From Pseudomonadota bacterium (GTDB lineage: Bacteria > Bdellovibrionota > FAC87 > UBA2466): a stretch of DNA of 14,825 bases. The position numbers and the translations under genes are program-made. The notes under the pieces were generated by a model that saw only the letters and a list, made by a program, of their open reading frames with translations, was not told where the DNA came from and did no database searches. Below, one piece after another: positions 7,429-14,825 of the stretch (its first letter is position 1; each line of letters begins with the position of its first letter). Location of the stretch: NCBI GenBank assembly GCA_043767805.1, contig JAYUGC010000063.1, positions 1-14,825 of the forward strand, given 5' to 3'.

Positions 7429-10400
7429 AGGCTGTTATCCTCGATAAGCTCTACGTCCAGGGCCAAGCTTTGCAGCTCTTTCACGAGTACGTTGAACGAT
7501 TCCGGTAACCCGGGCTCGAGAACGTTCTCACCTTTGACGATGGTCTCGAACATGCGCGTACGGCCAGCGACGTCATCCGATTTCACGGTCAAGAGCTCTT
7601 GGAGACAGTAAGCGGCACCGTAAGCTTCGAGCGCCCAAACTTCCATTTCTCCCAGTCTCTGTCCGCCGAACTGCGCTTTACCGCCGAGAGGCTGCTGCGT
7701 AACCAAGCTGTAAGGCCCGATGCTACGAGCATGGATCTTCTCATCGACCAAGTGATGGAGTTTCAAGACGTACATCACGCCGACGGTGACGTCGTGCATG
7801 AAGGTCTCGCCCGTGCGGCCGTCGAACAGAATCTGCTGTCCGTTGGTCGCGACATCCATCGCTTTCAAGCAATCGCGGATTTCGCTTTCCTTCGCGCTGT
7901 CGAATACCGGGCTCGCCATGTAAGCGCCTCGTTTGAGGTTCTTAGCGACTCTGAGCGCCGATTCTTCGGTAAGGCTATCGATTTCCTTCGCGAGCCGCGC
8001 CGGGAAGAGCTTCTTAAGGTAGCCCTTCAACTCGTTCGCGTTCCAGTTTTCGAGCAGGGCCTGAACCTTGCGGCCCATTTCCCAACCCGCGCGACCCAAG
8101 TGGGTCTCGAGGATCTGACCGACGTTCATACGAGAAGGTACGCCGAGAGGATTCAAGACCACCTGCACGGTGTGTCCGTCTTCCATGTACGGCATGTCTT
8201 CAATGGGGAGAATACGGGAGACGACACCTTTGTTACCGTGGCGTCCCGCCATTTTATCGCCCACTGAGATGCGGCGCTTAATGGCGACGTATACCTTCAC
8301 CATCTTGATAACCCCGGGAGGCAATTCGTCGCCTTTGCGGAGTTTCTTGATCTTCTCGTCGAAGAGGGTGCGGATCGCTTCGATCTGAGCATCCACGCGA
8401 CCGAGGGAGTCGTTCGCACGAGCTTCCACGTCCGAGGGGAGCGGAATGTGCTTGAGGAGATCGTAGGGGACCTTCTCGAACTCTTCCGCCGTGATTTTCG
8501 TGCCCTTGACCAGCAGTTCTTTTTCGCCCGAAGCATCGAGGAGCTTACCCGTGGTCGTCTGACCGACGATGTAGCCGGCGATTTTCGCGCGAGCCGAGAG
8601 CTGGAGTACGCGGACTTCCGTCTTCTCGTCCTTGCGGAGACGAGCCTCTTCTTCGTCGGCGATGCGCGCGGTGCGCTCGTCCTTGTCCGCTCCCTCACGG
8701 GAGAAGACTTCGGCGCCGATCACGATGCCCTGAATACCGGGGGAGACGCGCAAGGAAGTATCCTTAACGTCGCCGGCCTTTTCGCCGAAGATCGCCCGGA
8801 GGAGTTTTTCTTCGGGGGAGAGCTGAGTCTCGCCCTTGGGGGTGATCTTACCGACCAGGATGTCGCCCGGCTTCACTTCGGCGCCGATGCGCACGATGCC
8901 GGAGGAGTCGAGGTTCATGAGCTGTTCTTCGCTCACGTTCGGAATGTCGCGGGTGACTTCTTCCTTGCCGAGCTTGGTGTCGCGAGCCACGCACTCGAAC
9001 TCTTCGATGTGAATCGAAGTGAACGTGTCGTTCTTCATGAGCTCTTCGCTGAGCAGGATGGAATCTTCGAAGTTGTAACCGCACCAGGGCATGAACGCGA
9101 CGAGCACGTTCTGTCCGAGGGCCAGCTCACCCATGTCCGTCGCGGGACCGTCCGCGAGGACTTGTCCCTTTTTGACGAGCTCGCCGACCTGAACGATCGG
9201 CTTCTGGTTCATACAGGTGTTCTGGTTCGAGCGGCGATACTTCACGAGGTTGTAGATGTCTACGCCCGTGCCTTGTTCCGTCTGCTCTTCCGTGCGGACC
9301 ACGATGCGAGTCGCGTCGACGTAATCGACGATACCGGCGTTCTTGGTAAGAACGACGACGCCCGAGTCGCGCGCCACGAGGTGCTCCATGCCGGTTCCGA
9401 CAATGGGAGCGTGGGTGCGAAGGAGCGGCACCGCTTGGCGCTGCATGTTCGAGCCCATAAGCGCGCGGTTAGCATCATCGTGCTCGAGGAACGGAATCAA
9501 AGAGGCGGCGATGGATACGAGCTGATTAGGCGCGACGTCCATCAAGTCGACTTCTTCTTTACGCGCCAAGACCGCTTCACCACCCCTGCGGGCGGAAACG
9601 AGGTTCGTGACGAGCTTGCCATCCTTGGTCTCGACGGTCGACTGGGCGATCGTGTGATTCGCCTCTTCGAGAGCGGAGGCCCAGATGACGTCCGTCCCGA
9701 CGGTGGAATCAGCCACCTTGCGGTACGGGGTCTCGATGAAGCCGTAATCGTTGACGCGGCCGAAAGTCGACAGCGACGAGATTAGACCGATGTTCGGTCC
9801 TTCAGGCGTCTCAATCGGGCAGATACGGCCGTAATGGGTCGCGTGAACGTCACGGACTTCGAAGCCGGCGCGCTCGCGAGTCAAACCGCCGGGTCCAAGG
9901 GCCGATAACCGGCGTTTGTGAGTGACTTCCGAAAGCGGGTTCGTCTGATCCATGAACTGCGAAAGCTGACTGCTTCCGAAGAATTCCTTCACCACCGCGG
10001 AGACGGGCTTCGCGTTGATAAGGTCATGGGGCATCAGCGTCTCGACGTCTTGGAGACTCATGCGCTCACGGATGGCGCGCTCCATACGGACGAGACCGAT
10101 GCGGAACTGGTTTTCGAGGAGCTCACCGACCGCGCGGACGCGGCGGTTACCCAAGTGATCGATGTCGTCGATTTGGCCGCGGCCATTCTTCAACTCGACC
10201 AGGTACTTCACCGTCGCCATGATGTCCTCTTTGGTAAGAGTCGTCGTGGTGAGGGCGGTGTCGAAACCGAACTTGTGGTTGATCTTCAAGCGGCCGACCT
10301 TAGAGAGGTCGTACTTGGTGGGATCGAAGAACAATCCGGCGAAGAGCTGCTTGGCCGTCTCTAGCGTCGGCGGATCGCCCGGACGCAAGCGGCGATAGAT

Positions 10401-11525
10401 TTCAATGAGCGATTCGTCCTGGGTGCTGACCTTATCCTGCAACAGGGTGTCGCGGAGGTAGGTGCCGACGTTAATGCGGTCGGCGTACAGGATCTTCACT
10501 TCTTCGATCTTGCGCTCGGCCAAAAGGTCGAGCTTCTCGTCCGTGATGTCCTCATTGCACTCGAGGAGCACTTCACCGGTGTTCAGATCGACGACGTCCA
10601 CGGCGCAGATGCGGCCGATGACGTGCTCGCGCTCAATGGCGAATTTCTTGATCTTGGCTTCGGCGATGCGCTTGATGGTGGCGGTGGTGAACTTCTTGTT
10701 CTTCTCGACCACCACTTTGCCCTTGTCGTCGAGCCAATCGTAGTTGGCGCGCTGGCCGCCGTAGAGTTTCGGATTGAACGACAACGAAATTTCGCCACCT
10801 TTGGAGAAAGTGAGGGTTTCGTGGTCGTAGAAGTACTCGAGGAGCTCTTCCACGCTGTAACCGAGCGCTTTGAGGAGCACGGTGACGTGCAACTTTCTGC
10901 GGCGGTCGATGCGGACGTAAAGGATGTCTTTGTGGTCGAACTCGAAATCGAGCCACGAGCCACGATAAGGAATGATGCGGGCCGAGTGCAGGATCTTGCC
11001 GCTCGAATGACTGGTGCCCTTGTCGTGATCGAAGAACACGCCGGGAGACCGGTGGAGCTGACTGACGACTACGCGCTCGGTACCGTTGATGATGAAGGAG
11101 CCGCGCTCGGTCATGAGCGGAATTTCACCGAGGTAAACTTCCTGCTCTTTGACGTCCTTGATGCTGCGGGCCTGGGACTCAGGGTCGACTTCGAAGACTT
11201 CGAGACGGACCGTTACCTTAAGAGGAGCGGCAAAGCTCATCCCGCGGCTGCGGCACTCGTCGACGTCGTACTTTGGCGGCTCGAGCGTATAGGAGTCGAA
11301 CTCCAAGCTCGCGGTGTTGTTGAAGTCGGAGATCGGGAACACCGAGCGAAACACGGCTTGAAGGCCGGTATTGTCGCGCTTGTTCGAATCGAAATCCGCC
11401 TGCAGAAACTTATTGTACGACTTCTTCTGGATCTCGATCAGGTCTGGGATATCGATCAGAGGAGGATTTTTCCCGAACTCTCTACGAAAGCGCTTTTGTT
11501 CAAAGACGCTGCCAGAAGTAGCCAT
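7425..11525 (-). CDS. rpoB: DNA-directed RNA polymerase subunit beta
   Basis: [17 protein letters not shown], Rif cluster [59 protein letters not shown]. Confidence 0.99.
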   Translation of the reverse strand: MATSGSVFEQKRFRREFGKNPPLIDIPDLIEIQKKSYNKFLQADFDSNKRDNTGLQAVFRSVFPISDFNNTASLEFDSYTLEPPKYDVDECRSRGMSFAAPLKVTVRLEVFEVDPESQARSIKDVKEQEVYLGEIPLMTERGSFIINGTERVVVSQLHRSPGVFFDHDKGTSHSSGKILHSARIIPYRGSWLDFEFDHKDILYVRIDRRRKLHVTVLLKALGYSVEELLEYFYDHETLTFSKGGEISLSFNPKLYGGQRANYDWLDDKGKVVVEKNKKFTTATIKRIAEAKIKKFAIEREHVIGRICAVDVVDLNTGEVLLECNEDITDEKLDLLAERKIEEVKILYADRINVGTYLRDTLLQDKVSTQDESLIEIYRRLRPGDPPTLETAKQLFAGLFFDPTKYDLSKVGRLKINHKFGFDTALTTTTLTKEDIMATVKYLVELKNGRGQIDDIDHLGNRRVRAVGELLENQFRIGLVRMERAIRERMSLQDVETLMPHDLINAKPVSAVVKEFFGSSQLSQFMDQTNPLSEVTHKRRLSALGPGGLTRERAGFEVRDVHATHYGRICPIETPEGPNIGLISSLSTFGRVNDYGFIETPYRKVADSTVGTDVIWASALEEANHTIAQSTVETKDGKLVTNLVSARRGGEAVLARKEEVDLMDVAPNQLVSIAASLIPFLEHDDANRALMGSNMQRQAVPLLRTHAPIVGTGMEHLVARDSGVVVLTKNAGIVDYVDATRIVVRTEEQTEQGTGVDIYNLVKYRRSNQNTCMNQKPIVQVGELVKKGQVLADGPATDMGELALGQNVLVAFMPWCGYNFEDSILLSEELMKNDTFTSIHIEEFECVARDTKLGKEEVTRDIPNVSEEQLMNLDSSGIVRIGAEVKPGDILVGKITPKGETQLSPEEKLLRAIFGEKAGDVKDTSLRVSPGIQGIVIGAEVFSREGADKDERTARIADEEEARLRKDEKTEVRVLQLSARAKIAGYIVGQTTTGKLLDASGEKELLVKGTKITAEEFEKVPYDLLKHIPLPSDVEARANDSLGRVDAQIEAIRTLFDEKIKKLRKGDELPPGVIKMVKVYVAIKRRISVGDKMAGRHGNKGVVSRILPIEDMPYMEDGHTVQVVLNPLGVPSRMNVGQILETHLGRAGWEMGRKVQALLENWNANELKGYLKKLFPARLAKEIDSLTEESALRVAKNLKRGAYMASPVFDSAKESEIRDCLKAMDVATNGQQILFDGRTGETFMHDVTVGVMYVLKLHHLVDEKIHARSIGPYSLVTQQPLGGKAQFGGQRLGEMEVWALEAYGAAYCLQELLTVKSDDVAGRTRMFETIVKGENVLEPGLPESFNVLVKELQSLALDVELIEDNSL

Positions 11526-11541
11526 ATCATCACCGTCCTAT

Positions 11542-11727
11542 TCGGTCTTCCTTCAATAAGAAAGAGCCGAGCCCTAACCACATTTGCCCGAGGGATTCGA
11601 AAGAATGGACTAACGCCGCCCTTTTAGCGAGGAGGAATATCCCCACACGCTATAAAGGTAGGCCAATCAACTGCAATGCACCCGTCGGATGTCGTACCAA
11701 AAAGTAAAGACCGTCACTAACGCGTCT
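11542..11727 (-). promoter_or_regulatory. Structured rplL-rpoB intergenic leader with weak attenuator-like hairpin
   Basis: Hairpin 11727-11708 followed by UUACUUUUU. Further stems at 11658-11620 and 11570-11542, the last just 5' of the rpoB RBS. Confidence 0.5.
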
Positions 11728-11742
11728 CAAAAGCTTGAAATC

Positions 11743-12120
<378 letters not shown>

Positions 12121-12190
12121 CTGGTCCTCCTCTGGTACCTAAAATCGGTACGTACTTCTTTGGGTAAATTTTCCTATTCGGAAATCGTTA

Positions 12191-12772
12191 TTAAGCCTGG
12201 GGCGCTTCCGGAGTTTCCGGGGCTGCGGCAGGGGCGGCTTCTCCGCCACCTTCTTTTGCCTTTTTCTCTTGTAGCGCGGCCAAAGCGTATCCGAGCTTAC
12301 GCGGCATATCCTGAACCGCGTTGAGGAAGCCCTTGGGGGCCGACTGTAGCGCGTAGAGGAAGCTCGTAAGGAGCTCGTTGCGTCCAGGAAGTTTCGAAAG
12401 CGCGCTGAGCTGCTCTTTGCTCATCACTTGGCCGAGAGCAACGCCGCCACGAACCTGGACATCAAAATTATCTAAATTCACCCATTCCCAGATCGCCTTG
12501 GTCGCCACGACGGGGTCGCCGTCGGTGTACGCCATAAGGACGGGTCCGGTGAGGTGCTCGGAGAGAGCCTTATAAGGAGTCTCGTCAAATACCCGGCGCG
12601 CGAGCGTGTTCTTCACGACGCGGACGCGTAGGCCCTTCTTACGGAGGGACAGGCGGAAATTGGACATCTGCTCGGCGTTCAATTTATTGAACGACATCAG
12701 AGCCAAGGCTTTCGCCCCGCTAACACTCTTCGCAAGATCCGTGGCAAAAGCCTCTTTTTCAGTCCGATTCAA
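12191..12772 (-). CDS. rplJ: 50S ribosomal protein L10 (TTG start)
   Basis: MNR.EK, RVVKNTLARR, L.GP, L..LSKLP.R.ELL. Lies between rplA and rplL. GGAG upstream of TTG. Confidence 0.97.
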   Translation of the reverse strand: MNRTEKEAFATDLAKSVSGAKALALMSFNKLNAEQMSNFRLSLRKKGLRVRVVKNTLARRVFDETPYKALSEHLTGPVLMAYTDGDPVVATKAIWEWVNLDNFDVQVRGGVALGQVMSKEQLSALSKLPGRNELLTSFLYALQSAPKGFLNAVQDMPRKLGYALAALQEKKAKEGGGEAAPAAAPETPEAPQA

Positions 12773-12847
12773 GACAAACTCTCCGCTATAGAAACAGTCT
12801 TTTTAAGAATTTTTTCAAGGATTCGTCAACTACTATTTCGAATCCGC

Positions 12848-13558
12848 TTACAATCCGCGTGCCACATTATCCAGCGACGTCGGATCCAGCCAAATGCCGG
12901 GGCCCATGGTCGGGGAAACGCTGACTCTTTGAACGTAGACACCCTTGGACGTAGGCGGCTTCGCCTTCATGATGACGTCGAAAAGAGCGAGGAAGTTCTC
13001 TTTCAGCTTTTGGGGACCGAAGGACTTTTTGCCGATGAGGGCGTGGATGATACCCGCCTTCTCGACTTTGAATTCAACCGTACCCAGCTTTTGCTCCCGC
13101 ACCGTCTTGCCGACATCGGAAGTGACCGTACCGGTTTTCTTGTTGGGCATGAGGCCTTTGGGGCCGAGGATTTTGGCGACCTTGGTGAGGTCTTTCAAGG
13201 TCTCGGGGGTCGTAACGACTCGGTCGAATTCGAGCCAGCCGCCCTGAATTTTTTCGATGAGGTCGTCCGCGCCGACGTGATCGGCACCGGCGGCCCGGGC
13301 TTCTTTTTCGGCTTCGCCGCGAACGATGGCGACGACCCGAATGCTCTTACCCACGCCGTGGGGCAGGGTGGTCGCGCCGCGAACCATCTGGTCGGACTGC
13401 TTCGGGTCCACGCCGAGACGAACCGCCACATCGACGGTCTCGTCGATTTTGCGGGGCGAAAAGGTGGTGATCATGCTCATGGCTTCGTCGAGGGTGTACC
13501 GCTTGGTGCGGTCTACCTTAGCGAGGTCGGCCTTATATTTCTTACCGTGCTTAGCCAT
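12848..13558 (-). CDS. rplA: 50S ribosomal protein L1
   Basis: [29 protein letters not shown]...[26 protein letters not shown]. Confidence 0.99.
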   Translation of the reverse strand: MAKHGKKYKADLAKVDRTKRYTLDEAMSMITTFSPRKIDETVDVAVRLGVDPKQSDQMVRGATTLPHGVGKSIRVVAIVRGEAEKEARAAGADHVGADDLIEKIQGGWLEFDRVVTTPETLKDLTKVAKILGPKGLMPNKKTGTVTSDVGKTVREQKLGTVEFKVEKAGIIHALIGKKSFGPQKLKENFLALFDVIMKAKPPTSKGVYVQRVSVSPTMGPGIWLDPTSLDNVARGL

Positions 13559-13585
13559 TACAGAACTCCTAGGAAAAACTTAAGA

Positions 13586-14005
13586 CTATTTTACGTCCAG
13601 GCCCATGCTGCGGGCGGTGCCGACGACTTGGGCGACAGCCGAGGCGATATCGACCGTGTTGAGGTCCGGCATCTTCGTCTTCGCGATTTCCGTAACCTGA
13701 GCCATGGTCACCGAGCCGACCTTGGTCTTGTTCGGAACGCCAGAGCCCTGAACGATGCCAGCCGCCTTTTTGAGGAGGACGGCCACCGGGGGCGTCTTGG
13801 TGATGAAGGTGAACGAACGATCCTGGAAAATGCTGATGACGACGGGAATGATGGTTCCCTTGTCTTTCTGCGTCCGGGCGTTGAACGCCTTGCAGAACTC
13901 CATGATGTTGACGCCGTGCTGACCGAGCGCGGGGCCTACCGGAGGAGAGGGATTCGCAGCTCCACCTGGGATCTGCAACTTCACCATCGCGGTCAATTTT
14001 TTCAT
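13586..14005 (-). CDS. rplK: 50S ribosomal protein L11
   Basis: [53 protein letters not shown]. Confidence 0.99.
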   Translation of the reverse strand: MKKLTAMVKLQIPGGAANPSPPVGPALGQHGVNIMEFCKAFNARTQKDKGTIIPVVISIFQDRSFTFITKTPPVAVLLKKAAGIVQGSGVPNKTKVGSVTMAQVTEIAKTKMPDLNTVDIASAVAQVVGTARSMGLDVK

Positions 14006-14035
14006 GCTAACTCCCTACTAAAACCGAGCTAAAAA

Positions 14036-14656
14036 CTAATTCTTTTCGACCTGAACGAAATCCAATTCCACCGGAGTGGACCGACCGAAGATGCTCACCA
14101 TGACGCGGAGCTTGCCTTTGTCGGGTTTCACTTCTTCGACCACACCGTTGAAGTTCACGAACGGTCCGTCGATTACCCGGACGCTTTCGCCTTCTTCGAA
14201 CTCCACCTTCGGACGAGGCTTCAGGGTGCCCTCTTCCATCTGGTTGGTGATGCGCGCGACTTCTTCTTCCGGTACCGCAGGGGGCGTCAAAGCGTTTCCC
14301 ACGAAGCCGGTGATTCTAGGCGTACTCTTAACTAAATGCCAAGTGTTATCGTTTAGGATCATCTTCACCAGCATATAGCCGGGGAAGAACTTGCGGGTGG
14401 TGGTTTTCTTCTCACCGCGGACGAGCTCGATAACGTTCTCGGAAGGGATGAGGACCTCTCCGAAGAGCTCTTCCATGTGGTTCTGGCGGATGCGCTCCGT
14501 GAGGGCGAGCTTCGCCTTTTGTTCGAAACCACTATAGGTGTGCACCACGTACCACAGCTTCTCGGGCCCCGTGGTTTCCGTAGCCGGAGCCGCTTCCGCC
14601 GTTGTCGCCGTGGTCGGTTCCGCCGTTTCCTGATCCTTTTTTTCTTCGTCGCTCAA
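14036..14656 (-). CDS. nusG: Transcription termination/antitermination factor NusG (TTG start, 206 aa)
   Basis: WYVVHTYSGFE, KFFPGY.LV.M, TP.ITGFVG, KOW GE.VRVIDGPF..F.G.V, VSIFGRSTPVELDF.QVEK. Start moved to TTG 14656 (GGGGA upstream, 16 nt after the secE stop) because the ORF-track start overlaps secE. Confidence 0.97.
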   Translation of the reverse strand: MSDEEKKDQETAEPTTATTAEAAPATETTGPEKLWYVVHTYSGFEQKAKLALTERIRQNHMEELFGEVLIPSENVIELVRGEKKTTTRKFFPGYMLVKMILNDNTWHLVKSTPRITGFVGNALTPPAVPEEEVARITNQMEEGTLKPRPKVEFEEGESVRVIDGPFVNFNGVVEEVKPDKGKLRVMVSIFGRSTPVELDFVQVEKN

Positions 14657-14672
14657 GTGGCTATTCCCCGCT

Positions 14673-14825
14673 TTAGCTGTGGAGAAGGAAAGTAATGATC
14701 TTTCCCCACAGGACGTCAAAACCCGCGAAAATGAAGCTCGCGATTAAAATGCAAATGATGACCACCGTCGTGGACCGCACCACGTCGTCCCGGTTGGGCC
14801 AGGTCACTTTTTTCAGCTCCGCCAC
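14673..14825 (-). CDS. secE: Preprotein translocase subunit SecE, 3' part (5' end outside window)
   Basis: Hand translation VAELKKVTWPNRDDVVRSTTVVIICILIASFIFAGFDVLWGKIITFLLHS*: ELKKVTWP signature plus TM helix, directly upstream of nusG. Confidence 0.97.
   Translation of the reverse strand: MAELKKVTWPNRDDVVRSTTVVIICILIASFIFAGFDVLWGKIITFLLHS

Noticed and set aside
9770..9990. Possible intrinsic rifampicin resistance in RpoB
   Set aside because: Residues equivalent to E. coli Q513, D516, H526, S531, L533 and I572 are all the sensitive type.
3347..11627. Long plus-strand ORFs opposite rpoB/rpoC (e.g. 3532-4761, 8448-9785, 10623-11627)
   Set aside because: Antisense shadows produced by codon bias in GC-rich, highly expressed genes. 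No recognisable motifs.
13559..14035. L1 autoregulatory site upstream of rplK or rplA
   Set aside because: Spacers are only 27-30 nt and I could not find the paired GGGAG...ACCAC-type motif, only RBSs.
14657..14719. ORF-track N-terminal extension of nusG (MTSCGERSLL...)
   Set aside because: Overlaps the secE 3' end in another frame. TTG 14656 has an RBS and follows the secE stop.

Overview
Bacterial chromosomal window, mostly housekeeping. About 78% is the conserved minus-strand cluster secE(partial)-nusG-rplK-rplA-rplJ-rplL-rpoB-rpoC, ending in a strong UUCG-capped intrinsic terminator. The RpoB/RpoC sequences look deltaproteobacterial/Bdellovibrionota-like (inference, not searched). Downstream of rpoC there is no rpsL-rpsG-fusA. 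Instead there are a small Arg-rich protein (DUF6800-like), a putative secreted hypothetical protein, a convergent RluA-family pseudouridine synthase, a compact EpmA-like EF-P aminoacylase divergent from it, and the 5' end of a signal-peptide gene that runs into a 70-nt high-GC aspartokinase-like fragment at the window edge (probable chimeric junction). I see no mobile element, CRISPR array, tRNA/rRNA or clearly new multi-gene system. The points most worth a second look are the ATGA overlap of rpoB/rpoC, a His at a conserved bridge-helix position of RpoC, a candidate miniature L10 leader, structured intergenic RNAs and the edge junction.
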